NCBI GenBank assembly: GCA_001179505.1
Contig: CDMY01000608.1
Location: 1 to 43,372 of the forward strand
Direction of reading: 5' to 3'
Length of the DNA: 43,372 nt
DNA from: Vitrella brassicaformis CCMP3155
Lineage: Eukaryota > Protista > Chromerida
Under the pieces are notes generated by a model. It had not been told where the DNA came from. It was given only the letters and a program-made list of their open reading frames with translations, and did not search any database. Below, piece after piece: positions 23,002 to 35,871 of the stretch. Position numbers and translations under genes: made by a program. The stretch's first letter is position 1, and each line of letters begins with the position of its first letter.

Positions 23002-23122
23002 AGTCTGTCGGTCTCTCATGAAATTAACTGTGTCAATCGACTTACTGTCAATGATCACGCGACAAACATGCCAGCACCATCCTCGGCGCCCGCCTGGCGT
23101 ATCCTCCAGTGGCGTCGCCCAC
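23002..23122 (-). repeat. 121-bp repeat, inverted partner of 17422..17542
   Basis: Direct comparison of the reverse complement. Confidence 0.92.
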
Positions 23123-23560
23123 GCAACAGACAAACCGAGAACGGACGCACCCCATCACCTGGCTTTATGACTTGTCTGCCCACGCAGCCTTGGTGCGCAG
23201 CTTCTCAACCAGGCGGCTGAAAAAAGCATTGGCCTCTCTACCGACACACACCATCCCCTTTGAGATCTTTTGAAATTACTGCTTTGGGTTTTGGGGGTTT
23301 GCGGGGTTTTACAAAAGAACGCAGACATCAGCCGCATGCCCATGTTCGGACAGGCCTATGTGCAAGATGAGCTTCAATATTGTTGTCGTATTCAAACCAC
23401 AATGTCTGATTGAAAGAACAGAGTGTATTCCTTTGTTTTCCACCGTGACGTCGTTCCAGGTGCGGAGAATACGGTGGAAGGAAGCTCCTGCGTTAACACC
23501 ATCATGTCAATAGAAGGAAACAAATGAAGACAACGGAGCTAGCTGACTATCTCGTCTTTC

Positions 23561-23939
23561 TCTGATCCCCTTCATCCTTAGCCGGGCAGCTTGGCACATA
23601 GAATCGGCCAGCTCTTGCAAAAGCCCTGTAGAGGTCGTGGCCGCTTCGACTTTCCAAGTGGCTTCTTCTCACTATTAACATCCGCACCAGCTGCGTGTCC
23701 ACAGGACTTGTTCCCGGCCATTATCTTCCAGCCGTCTCCAGCTCTGGGTGCCTTTCCTACGACAGGCTCCCTATCGCTCTTGAGAAAGCACATCCCATCA
23801 TCTCCCAGGCCTACGTGGACCCAATAGTTGCACTCCTCCGTGGCTGCGCACCAGTCGGCACAGTCCAGGTACTCCGGGTACCCATGAGTAGCCACCTCCA
23901 GATCGGCACCGGGCGCGTAGTCGAGATTCTCCTCGATAA
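23561..23939. repeat. PAN-domain/C-terminal module duplicated at 27621..28008
   Basis: About 9 substitutions plus one 9-bp duplication (GCCCTGTAG) counted over ~380 bp. Confidence 0.95.
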
Positions 23940-26915
23940 CGCAAGAGCGTAATCTAGGTTCTCGTCGGGGACGCTGACCTTGGCCGACGACGTCCATGAT
24001 AACCACAAGCCCGTCACCCTTCTTATTCTCGCCCCACAGCTTGACATCGGTGAGTTTCGTGCCATTGATTCGCTGAACGGTTTGAACGACGGGCTCCTCG
24101 TACTCCCCGTCGTCGCTCATATACTTAGTGAAGAGGAACGTTGCAGTGTAGTTCTTGGACGTATCGAGAAAGTTGAGGGGGATGAAAGGGATAACGCGCG
24201 TCTCCACTGTTCCGCTCACGACGCCCAGGAACCATGTGCTATTCGACCGTCTCGCCAGCACGGTAAGGTCTCCTATTATTGATGGAGGAAGGACCCGTGT
24301 CTCGTCCCACACTGTCGGAATCTTCATAATGATGTCACGATAGCTTTGCTCGAGAATTATTTCGGGGTCTTCGACGATGGTCTGCAGGGGTGAAGTGAAT
24401 GTAATTAACGTCGCGACCTGATGGACCTGGGGAAAGTGGCAGGCATTGGGGGCCGATCGACGACGGATCTCCTGCCTTCCATTATCTTGCTGCATTGCAA
24501 ACTTACTAGAGTTGTCGCGCCTCTGAGTGTTTGCAGCGAGAGTGGCGTGTAGTCTCCAGCACCACTTGGGAACCTTCAGGCACATGCACGGATCAAATTG
24601 GTCTGTCTTATGACTGTTTTCATCTACCTCGTGAAGGTGAGTGCAGCGTTGTGTGATGGTGGAATCTTCGTGTCAATCATGGGGTGCGCGTTGACCTGCA
24701 AAGGAGACAAAAGATCCACAATGCAGAGCGCTGGTCTCTCCTGCGTGAGAGATCTATCTGTGTCGCCACCTCCAAACCCCAGATGGCCTCTTGCGTTATC
24801 AGATTCGGATACGTTCGTGCTTCGCCCGTGGTCTTATCTACTCCGTGAAAGTTGAGCAAGAGCTTGCGTTTCTGGACAAATGAATCCATTGACTTGTCCT
24901 GCTGAGCTCGTTTGTTGGCCAGCTTGGCCTCTTTTCTTGCAGAGTGTTCTCTTACAGCTGCTTCGCGACAGATGGTTTCCTGCAGCACGATGGTCGGTAA
25001 AGTGCCGGAACCGAAGAAATCCATCTGCATCAGGAGTCACGCAGGACATGATATACTAACCTTCAACAGTCAGTGCACTTCACCTACCTTTACGCCAACA
25101 GCGCCTGCATCCTCGACACTATCGAGAAACTCCCGAAGGTCTTTGTAATTGTCGGTTGGATCTTCAATGTCTCCGCGGTGTTTCCACAGGAAGACGCCCA
25201 CCCCCCTCTCTTTGCCATACGTTGTGAGGCTCTTGACGCTCCCCCATTTGTCGGGCCACTCTTCCCAACCTGTGTCGGATCAACAGGTTGACACTCTCGC
25301 CCAATTGATTTGGCATATGATCATCTTTCGTCTCCACCTATGTCTACAGTTGCGTATTCAAAGCCAAGCGCGTCTGCGGCATCGATGTAGGCCCATTCAA
25401 TCTCACGGGGACGGTTGTGACACCCACTGGGTGCGGCCTGGTAATGTCCATTAACCCATGCAGCAGCCATAAGCATTAGTGTACGATCATTACCAGGCAG
25501 CTCCACACAGACCTACAGACAAGAAAAGTCATGGAGTCAATGATGAGAAAGCAAAAATGGCCAAGAGTTCCTGGATGTTGGTATCCTGAGACCCACCTTC
25601 CTGGTTTAATGTATGTTGTGTCATTGAAGAGGCCCGGATTTCGCGCCTCCGGGGCCTCGTTGAGGCTGCTCAACATGTCATGGTCGACCAGCTGGTCCAG
25701 GTTTGCCGCCAATTGGATTACTCGCCAAGACGTCTTGACAGGAAGCTGGAGCTCCAAAGGTCCCCACAAGCCCCTGTACTCCCGTACGCTCTGCCTCACT
25801 CTCGTAAGCTCGCTTCTGAAGCCGACGCCATCAGGCAACGCGACGAAGTGAAGGCCCTCCCACCCAAGGAGAGCGGCCCTGTGGCATACACAAAGCCATG
25901 CACGGCACACTACACAATACATGGCTCACTCGGCTATCACACGGTAAGGGAAGGGACCCTGTTTGTCAAGATCCTCAATGGTTACAGGGGGAGAGTAACG
26001 ATCGATTGTGATCCCGTCTTCCAGATGCCGGGACCACAATGATGCTGCTGGAAAACTCATGTACTGACCATTGGCCGACTGCATGTATTACAGACGAAGA
26101 CAAAATGCGTGCGTACTGGATAGATTTGTGTCCCCCACTTTTCTTACGAAGTGGCCGCCTGCGAAGAATATTTGGTCTCGCCTTTCTATCTGTGTCAAGT
26201 GGCAAACGGAGGAAGCAGTTCCCGTTTGTCTCTGCATGTGGTGTGGCTGTATGGTTCTCACAATCCAAGCTCTATCGGTTGCTTCCAGTTCCATCAAGAT
26301 CTCAGACCCGTCGTCCTGAATTTGGACGCGGTCGCCCCAGCCCCCCTGCAGCGGGATGTGATAAGAGAATGCCACGCCTGGGCTGTCACCACCGAACACA
26401 CGAAAATGGACATCGTAGGTTAGGTTGGTTGGAAGATGCCGGACGGTGTAAGACGTGTCAACTGAAAACCAAACAGGAGAAATGCGAAACCAACACTGAG
26501 TCTACATTCACCGCTTTCGCTCTTTGCGACTCGATGAGCTCCTAAGGTGGCGTACGTATCCACCTGTGAGAGGACAGCTGTGAGCAGAACCTTCCAATGT
26601 GCTAACCCATACCTTCCTCATGTGTCGTGCCTCGCTTTCAATCGTAACATTCTCCCCCAGATGACTGCCGTCCTCGAGGACGAACCCAAGAGCCGATGGG
26701 TTCACTATCCGACGAGTTCCAGAAGTCACCATGTACTTGAGCTTGTCATTGGGATCGGTGAAAACCCTTGCCCGGAGCTTGTGTATGGATGGAGCCGAGA
26801 TGGTGGACTGAAACGGTGCAGCATGGGAAAAGCAAAGGCTGAGACAGAGGGAAGCGGCAAAAGCGACCCCTGTCCAGCTGCGGAGGGAAATATCTATCAT
26901 GTAGGCGCATACCAT
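23578..26915 (-). CDS. Secreted glycoside hydrolase family 97 (retaining-type signature) with a C-terminal PAN/Apple domain; multi-exon
   Basis: Signal peptide; LKYMV...SALGF; FRVFGGDSPGVAFSY; TSWRVIQLA...YIKPG; YIDAADALGFEYATVD; GVGVFLW; GVK|MDFF; LLNFHG..TGEARTYPNLITQEAIWGLE; HNAALTFTR; GDYTP; FTSPLQ; PTVWDETRVL; LARRS..WFLG; then PAN C..EENLDY...CADWC...CNYW...CFLK. Confidence 0.9.
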
Positions 26916-27620
26916 GGTCTAACGGCTGATGTGTTATTAACGAAACATGTTTTTCTGTAGCGTCTGGGGTTGCCTTGTCGTTGCGTCCACCACGTTTCTG
27001 CAGTTGCACTTTTCTGTAGCTGATTCCGATGCGGTTCTGCCTGGACACGTCAAGATGTCATTGCCGTCACGTTGCGTGTGCTCCAGCAGATCTCGAGGTG
27101 GCTCTTCCGATCTCAAGCACGCTCCCAACCATCATTCACCAGGCAGTCAAGAGTCAGCGCATCAGTGAGCAAAGCCAATGGGCCCTGTGAGCTCTTCTAC
27201 GGAAGGGAACCTCTCCCAACCAACCTCACTGACTCGCCTTGCTTCAGTGGGTCAAGCATACATAGCTTGGAAGCGAACGGAAAACAACGGATAGTAGCGT
27301 GCCCTGATCAAATGTTTCTTGCCTACTGGCGAGCCACAGCAAAAACGTCAGACCCGGTTGCATTCACGCACACAGCAAGCATAGAGGGGAGATAATGGGA
27401 CGATCCTAGGCGCCAAGACAATCAGGCACACGTTATTCCCCAGATAGATGCCTCTTTTCTGCCTTCCCAACACCAACGCAAGATAAACGGACGAACGGGT
27501 GGAAGAAACACAAGGACAAATCAATGTGAGCATATACAGCGCAAAAACAGCGTCGGCTCTACAGCCCAGGGCAGCCCCTCAGCTCCTGGCGCTTGCTGCA
27601 GTTGTCTTGTGTGTAGAAGC

Positions 27621-28008
27621 TCTGATGCCCTTCATCCTCAGCCGGGCAGCTTGGCACATAGAATCGGCCAGCTCTTGCAAAAGCCCTGTAGGCCCTGTAG
27701 AGGTCGTGGCCGCTTCGACTTTCCAAGTGGCTTCTTCCCACTATTAACATCCGCACCAGCTGCGTGTCCACAGGACTTGTTCCCGGCCATTATCTTCCAG
27801 CCGTCTCCAGCTTTGGGTGCCTTTCCAACGACAGGCTCCCTATCGCTCTTGAGAAAGCACATCCCATCATCTCCCAGGCCTACGTGGACCCAATAGTTGC
27901 ACTCCTCCGTGGCTGCGCACCAGTCGGCACAGTCCAGGTAGCTCGGGTACCCATGCGTAGCCACCTCCAGATCGGCACCGGGCGCGTAGTCGAGATTCTC
28001 CTCGATAA
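27621..28008. repeat. Second copy of the PAN/C-terminal module
   Basis: Matches 23561..23939, including the stop codon and flanking UTR bases. Confidence 0.95.
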
Positions 28009-31000
28009 AACAGCGCACGGTTTCGTCTCTGTCCTCATCGCCCTTCTCGTCATATTTCCCGTCTTTTTTTTGTCTTCCTTCTTCTTTTTGCCTTCCTGTG
28101 GGGGCCTCTAAGAACATAAAGGCTGCCGGCAGGAGGGCCTGGCTATGGTCTGAAAAGATCACCCGGATGTCAAGAAGTTTTCCGGCTGGCTTGTCATTTT
28201 TCTGCCCTTCTCCCATGACCCCCTCGATACGAGTGTCGTCATAAGCGGCAACTTCGGCTTCCACGCCGCCCACGCTGACCCTCACGGGCTCTCTCCCATT
28301 ACTTGTGAAGCGGCGGCCTCCAAGCGTGAAAGGGACATCGTACCTGAAAATAACAGGTCCGTGGGTTACATGACAAGGAACAGCGGCAACGTAGGAAAAG
28401 CGGCAACGACAGCGGCAATGGAAAAGCGGCAACGTACCTCGCCGGTCCCCGCCACGGAAGGATGTCGTAGAGCACCGGGTCGCCCATCGCGGCCTCATCC
28501 GCTTCGAATTTATCTAGCGATGCCTCGTCGGGAGTGATGATCGTCAGCTCGTCTTTGAGAAAAGAAATCAGGACTATCGAGCAAGCGGGCCCGTACATGA
28601 TGTCGAGGTTCTGCCCTCCGGTGTCACTCGTGAGGACCCTGCTCAAAGAGACAGGTTCTCACGAGAGTACTCTCGAAGGACGTGGCGGCCTACTCGACTG
28701 TCTCATCAGCGTTTTCATTGTCTGGCAAGTCAAGGAAGTATACTGCATCCCTCCATCTTGAAACGAGAATGTCGTCCCGCAGCTTTCCACCGAAACACGT
28801 CCCCCGGTACTCTGTTACTCCTGTCTGACAAGTTGAGACAGTGACTTGTACATACCCGCAGCTACGACCACTGCTGTTCCACCCTCATTAGGCTTACTGT
28901 AGACGAAGGAATCTCCCATCCAGGGGTGTATTCAATGTCGGGCCTCAGGACGTGGTGGTACCTAATGACCAAGAACACGGGGGCTTGGACAGGCGCTGTA
29001 AGGTACCCACGAAAACCAAGAACACGTTACTCACCATTGCTTTTCGTCACCGGCATTCCTTGCTCTTGCTGGATTGGGATGCCCATGATGAGCTCCCTCG
29101 AAGCTTCTGAATATCCTATCGGGTCCCGAAAAGGCTGGGCCGATCACTGGCTGACATTCCTTAGGTTGCTCCCCGTTAGGCACAGTGTAAGGCTTCGGCA
29201 GATAGAGCGGATTCCGGACATTGTATTGAGGAATCTCGTCCCTACAAGGCAGCTCAGGTAGGGTGCAGGTGCAACATCGGATATCTAGCTCATCCGTGCT
29301 TCCTTTACCATGTGTCAAAATCTGCTGCTGTACAACCTGTCCCTCGTGGTTCGCCATTTACAAATGGCCCGAGAGGCTGGTTGGGACCGTTCATGATGAT
29401 GTATGTCTCGCCTGAATGCATATGGACGACATGAATCTACCCATGTGTATGACGCAAGTGCTACAGCCTCTCGCCACGAGTGCACCTTTTGTTGAGTAAG
29501 TAGAGTCGTAGTTGTTCCGCAGCCCTGTCGCCCAGATTGAAATACCCGTCATGCCATCGGCCAAGTCATAGCGGTCTCCCTCGACCTGAAGGTGAGAGCA
29601 GGCGGGTCAGTTGGCTGGTGACTTCGTCGGCCGTTGCACCTGGTTCGGATTCTCAACGGGTTCACGGGTCTTGTGATAGACATATTCAATCTTCCTGCTC
29701 AGATTAGGGTTGTGAACCTCTATCTATGACAAAGGCAAAAACATGATAGCATGTACGACATGTACGTGATTAGCATCCTCAGCTCCATCCGTACCTTCAG
29801 CAGCCCACCGGTCAGGTGAGACTCTGGCAAGCCGCCAAGCCTAGAAGGCCAGTGAAAACGAATAATCATACACTTCACTCTCATGGATTCTATCTGCGCC
29901 GCACCCGCAATCTGGCAACGCAGCGATAGACAAGAGTGGTGTGGAGGCACTCGTCTGGTGTAAATGGTCAACTCACCCGGCCATCCCGCATTTGTTTGTG
30001 AGCCGGCATTCACATACAGGTTCCCCTCGTTGTCGAAGTGCATACCGTTCATGTTATGGTCACCATTGCCATTAGGAAGGCCCTCAATGAGCGTCTCGAT
30101 TATGGAGAAACCGGGACCAGACAGCCGTGAGATTTTCCCAAGAAACGGGGCATAGTCATTCTCTCCATCAAAGCATGGGACCCCCTGCCTCCACTGAAAC
30201 ACCAGAGTTGCATACAGTGCGTGACTCATTGAGATGCCTCACCCAGTAGTAGACCGGTGAGTGCGAGACATAGAGATGCGGATCGGATGGGTCTTGCAGA
30301 GGATCGACTGCAGGCAGAATATGAATTCTGCTACCCCATGTGCCCTTTTCTTTGTGTATTCTGGATGTATGCCCGTGTGTGTGTTTGTCTGTGGGTGTGT
30401 CACATACAGGCGATGCCGATGGGCGAATCGTCGGGGTATCTTTGGTGGATCGCATCATTGACCTTTACAGACTCGCGATCTATCTCGTCATTGCTCGTAA
30501 ACTTCACGCTCAGGAGCTTCCCTGGAGCTGTGCCGACAAAGAAGGTCCGTGCATCTGGGGCCCATGCGCCCGTCAGACCAAACCCTCCCCTGAGGAAGGG
30601 CCGCCAATACAGATCTGGCCAAGAAAGTAGATACTAGCCGAGTCAGGTGCAAACCTTGTGTGTCACCTTCTTCGCTTATTCCATCAGACGCATCCTTGTT
30701 GACCAAATCGAAGAGGCCAGTCAGGAGGGTTTTTGGCGACTTGTACTTGATGTCGCCCATCTGCCCAGCCGCCGAGACCTTCATGGGGTATGCATTGGAT
30801 TCTCCTTTCCTTGTCTCGACTCGAAGCCCACTCGAATCGGTCTCGTCGACCTGAATAGGGTAGAATGATAGAAGGGCGACCGGTCAGTCTCACCTTTTCT
30901 TCCGCTTTGGTAAGTGGAGTCTGACCTGGTGTGTCCGGTATGTGATGCGTGTCGCGCTCCATTCCACTATCCCGGCATTTTCACTGTCACTTTCTGATTC

Positions 31001-34000
31001 CTCGTCACGATTCACCTCACGGCCATTCACGTGGAGCTTCGCGGCCTCCAGGCTCTGAAGAGAAGGAGGCGCCAACAAGAAGCTCTTCCTTGGGGATTGC
31101 CTTGCGACAGACAGCTGGCTGGCCCCCAAGGGAACTCTTCATACCTCTGGATTCAAGAAGCCTGCTCCATAAATTGTTATTTCTTGTCCGCCCTTTGGAT
31201 CAATCACATCCGGGGTCACCTTATTGACGAAGGGAGGCCAGTCTCTGCAGAAATCAAGAATGCGAGATCTAGTTTGCCATTGGAAGGATGGAAAGGTCGC
31301 CAAAGGTAATCGAAGCACTGATGTACCTCTGGCTGTGGACCATGCGCCAGCGGTTCTTTCCTTTGGCCTCAAGCCGCACTCCGTCTGGCGACGACCCCGC
31401 CTCTCCCACAAGCCACCGAACCTCGAAATCCACTCGATTGTCGCCGGTTACCTCTTGGTCAAGCTGAGACAGGTTGATCGTTCGAGACTCACCCTCGACC
31501 TCCTTGCCATTGATCCACACAGCGGCTTCCTTTCCTCCCTCCACATTCAGCTTCATCGTGTCAAGCGACGCACCATCGAGAATTTCAATCGATCCCTGGC
31601 AGAGAGGCAGAGACAGACAGACAGCCAGACAGACAGCACCACACAGTACGACCATGCGAGGATTGACTGCCCGGCAGACAAGCAAGAAGCGGCTATCTTT
31701 GTTCTGCCTTCAGTTTCTGACCATTGCCCGTATGATGATATCTTCTTTGAATTGTGGATCAAGGAACGAGCTTGCCATATCAGGGATAACTTGGCATGAC
31801 TCATACGGCCCCAAGGCGTCTGCGTCTCGGCTGTCCCCAGCAGCTGTGATGCTGGCGGTCACCCACTGAGGAGACAAGGCCTCCTCTCCCTGGCGCAGTG
31901 CAGCAGAAATGGGTTCCCCGGCATCGATGTACAGCCACTCAGACGTGTCTAGCATGTCATCAGCGTCACGGTCTCCCATGGAGTAGAGCGAGAGAGCACA
32001 ACCTGGAACCTCCTCGATTGTTGTCACGTGAACGACGTGATCGGCTCCGGATAGTCGGCGACCTTCCTGGTCGCCGATCGTCAGCTTTGCCCTGTGCTCA
32101 CCGATGTCAAGACGCGTAAGGAACTCCCGCACGCAATTTACTCCGTCTTCAGGGCATTCCTGCAACAAAGACAGAAGCTGAACGCTCTCATATTGGGCCA
32201 CTATTGCCATGCCGCTCACGGTATCTTCTTCAACGTTTCCATCGACTTCGAATATGTACCTCGTCACACGTCCTCCCCATTCGTGCGTATGGGATCCGGT
32301 GGCCTGAAAGGAAGACAGTCGTGGCAAGCAAAGCAGTTCCTTGCGTGTTGGCTTCACGGACATCGAATACAACTGTTTCAGAGCCGTCGCCTTCATCATC
32401 AACTAAGACTCTGTCGACAGCCATGACAGGATGAAGGAGATTGTCCGGTGCCAGAAAGACTGGCGGAGAGTCGCGAGGTACAAGGGCTGCGAGGAAGGCA
32501 TCCGACGCCACCACCGTGCTGGGACGACGGGGAAGCGGCGAGTACTTGGACAAATGAAGAAAAACAGACGAAAGACAACATGAGACAACAGCCAGACAGA
32601 CTGCGTGTGTCAGCGCACCTCCGTTGCAGGTGAGGACGTTCCTACAACGACAACTCGTCCGGCGGATGCATGGGACGCTGCCAAAAGCTCCTTCGGCTCC
32701 GTGTTGTCAGCCGACGACAACGAATCGAGCAACGCAGCCAGAGATTCCCCGCGAGGAAGGGCGATTTCTGTGAACTTCGTAGGGGGAGGCTTCATCCTTC
32801 CTATGAGGAGCACCCACATCTGACGCCGCAGAAGGTGTCAATGAGAGGCAGGCAAGTTGCTAATGCTCCCGATTGACAAGAACTCACGTCAAGTCGGAAA
32901 CGGATGAAGCCGATTTGTGTCTCCGGCCTTTGTCTGGCATTGTCCTGCTCAATCCCCTCTCCCTCCCGTGTCCGACCGCCCTTCCATGTGACCGTGATCT
33001 TGACAGCCTGACTTGGCTTGATGTCCTCGATGTATTGGTCGTCGCCTCCAGACACTTGAAAAGTGAAGGCCTCCGAGTCGCCCTCCAATTTGGGATAGAG
33101 CTTGCCTGACGACCTTTCAGGATCCTCATTCACCAGATCGAAGGTAGCGCTCGCATTAAGGGAGCTGAGATAGAATGTCGGATACGGCTGCGTCATGTCA
33201 GGGGGACGTGACACGGAAGAGACAGACAGACGGACTGGAGCTGAAGGTGCGGGAGGAAACATGAAGGATCCGTCCTCGTGACACACAGCAAATCTCCTGC
33301 CCACAAAGACTGGGTCTTCAGCATCGGCAACGCAGAGAGGAAGCAGGGGGGCTGCGTACGAACACAGCCGAAAAGCTCAACACATACAGCAGCTGGTCAC
33401 GTGGCTGCCTCGCAGCTTACCTGCAGGTACATCCTTTTTGCTTTCGTCTCCTTTTCGCACGGTGTTCACAAATGGTGCTGAAAGCGCAGGCGACATCCGG
33501 GCGAAAGCCACTATTGCTACGTGTAATGTGACAAGTACTCCCATCTGTACATATTATAATAGCCGGTGGTAGCTTGTGTGGTAATTCCGAGTATTAACGC
33601 CATCTATGGCTTTGTAGACGACCAAGTCTCCTCCTTAGCAGGTAAGCAGGTACGATACGCTGGTGAGGGTCCCCAATGAAGAGCTGGAGAGACGTGCGCG
33701 TCTGCTCGTACCTGTGACCCCTGGCTCAAGGAAAGGTATCCAATGCCGCCAACAGAGGACGCGTACCGATTTGTCAACTCTGGGGGCTATGTCGGTCGTG
33801 CGGGTGTCCTCGCTCTCTGGGTTTAGGATAATTGGTCATCGGGAGAGGATGATCAGCTCTTCTTCACAAGACGATTTTTGGACAACGACATTGGTCATGG
33901 CGTGACGATCAAGCTGGACTACGAGCGTTTGCTGTTCCAGGCTCTCACCAGGGCCCTGGCCACGTATCGCTCGCGAGATGGAGAGACGAAGGTGCATGGA

Positions 34001-35715
34001 CTGACATTCGCCCGCGCTGACGGCAAGCATGCCGCAGCAATCCTTCACGGGAATCGCCTTATGAATAGCCCAGGATGGTCCTAGCGGTGATTTGTGCGCA
34101 TCCGACAAGCAGCAACAGTGAATTCATTGAGGCGCTGACGGCGATGCACGTCGACTATGACAAGACGGCCATTTTCGTGTCGCACGGCCCGTCCTGCGAC
34201 CTGCACCTGGATGAAAGCTTCAAGATGAGATTTGCAGGCGTGCAGGAGCATCGAGAGCCGTCCAACGGCACAGATGCCTACCAGCGAGCATTTCTTCTCC
34301 TGCGTCAGGTCAAGGCGTCACAAGTATTGATACTCGAGAACAGCTTCGTCGTTCAGCAGCATGACCCTATTCAGCAGCTCACGCAAGACAACCTGCCGGC
34401 GGTTGTGCCGTTGGCTCGGCAGTCTTCGGCGGGTGGTGCCAATTTCGGCTTCGACAAGGGCTCTCACCACGAGGAGGACCGTGATAAGTTGGTCAGCGGC
34501 GAGCGTCAAGGGCTGTGGCCAAACGTGTCGGTGCTTGATTCTCTCTTCTTGGGAAGCTAGCCTGAGCGTCAGAGAATTTGCCCGACTGGGAAGCAGCTTG
34601 AGCGTGAGAGAATTTGCCCGACTACGTCATGGCACGCATTCACTTAGAAAAACACGTCGGTCCGATGAAACCATGGACAGTCGAGTACAGCGCCCCAACC
34701 CAGGCATGAACGCAATTTGGGGACGGCTGGCATGACTACAAGGAAAAGGATGGCACTAGCGACGGCTGGTGCGAGGACAAAACATCCATATTCCTGGACA
34801 ATCGGCACACATTTGGGAGGTTGCTGACCTGGGCAGTGCAAGACAGTAAAATGGTGATGAGCCTTTAAGAGCTGTTTGCAGTGTGACGTTGGCACTGTCT
34901 CCGTGATTCGGCGGATTGAGTGTCTGCGTAAGCGATACTCATGTCTACATTGCACGAACACACACGTATTAACCAGTTCCAAAGAAGTTCATCGTCTGCT
35001 CTCACAGCCTCGGACTCGCTATGCTCGTTTCCTTAATTTCTCCCCCTCCATCTGCTTGGTCACGCCACACCATCTCGTCCCCCCTGACCGGCAGTCTGTA
35101 TGTCTGCCACAGCTGACGCACCACCTCCGTCTTGTTCGGAACCTCGGGAGGGACACCCGTGCCCCTCGAGCGCTCGATGTTCTCAACGAAGGCATTCCGG
35201 TAGGCGAGTGCCTCCCAAAGGGTGCGTAAGATGCACGCGACACTCGCACCTCCTTTTGTCCCGATGGGAAACAGCTACACTCAACACAGGCAACCCAACC
35301 ACAGAGACAGTCGTCCAGTCACTCATCCTTTTCTCCTGTCCGTGCCTCACCTTGGTGGGTCTGTTCCTTTCCCGCGCCGACTCCCTCTTCACCGATCCGT
35401 CAATTGGCACCAGAACTCCAACATAGAGGGAATAAACGACCCCCCCACCACTAAACATGACTGACTCGGACCCTCATCACTCAGCCCCTCGTACGCATGA
35501 GGGGAAATCCACATCTCCTGACTCATCTGACTTGCCCAGGCTCAGCTGCAGCATGCAGTCCTCAGCTCATTCCCAACCACTCGCCACGTTCATCACAGAC
35601 AGCCGCACCGACTGAGAACCTGTCCGGCAGGGGCGATAGCCTCCCCGAATTCATCTAAAGAGAGCAGCACGATAAAGAGACACACGACAGCGAAAGAAAC
35701 CCGCAGCGTCACCAT
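27638..35715 (-). CDS. Large secreted multidomain protein: Ig-like/PKD-like, PA14-like, IPT/TIG, glucose/sorbosone-dehydrogenase-like beta-propeller, IPT/TIG, PAN/Apple (many exons; link to the signal-peptide exon at 35715 is inferred)
   Basis: PFVNKVTPDVIDPKGGQEITIYGAGF (IPT); LGKISRLSGPG...LIEGLPNGNGDHNMNGMHFDNEGNLYVNAGSQTNAG, ATGLRNNYD, NGPN and HHGHPN (GSDH-like propeller); VDDEGDGSETVVFD and GEHRAKLTIGD (PKD-like); PAN at the C-terminus. Confidence 0.7.
33651..34826 (+). pseudogene. Intronless PLOD (lysyl hydroxylase/collagen glycosyltransferase) GT-domain-like pseudogene
   Basis: YDTL; TCDPWLKERYP...YRFVNSGGYVGRA; in-frame TAG at 33824; EDDQLFFTRRFLD...KLDYERLLFQAL; ILHGN; VVPL...ANF...GERQGLWPNVS; IFLDNRHTFGRLL. 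Same order as the PLOD GT domain, with frameshifts and deletions. Confidence 0.75.
34551..34623. repeat. Imperfect 36-37-bp tandem duplication
   Basis: GGGAAGCTAGCCTGAGCGTCAGAGAATTTGCCCGACT followed by GGGAAGCAGCTTGAGCGTGAGAGAATTTGCCCGACT. Confidence 0.85.
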
Positions 35716-35871
35716 TTTCTCGAGTGCTCGTGTCCTTCCGCAGAGACAATACACCTCAGAAGCAACTTGTGTGCAACGGAGCAGAACGAGAAGAGGAAAC
35801 ACAAACTCTGAAGACAACTCGAAATGGGCAGAGATGCTGCGTGAGGTTTTTGACACAAGGGAGATACGTCT

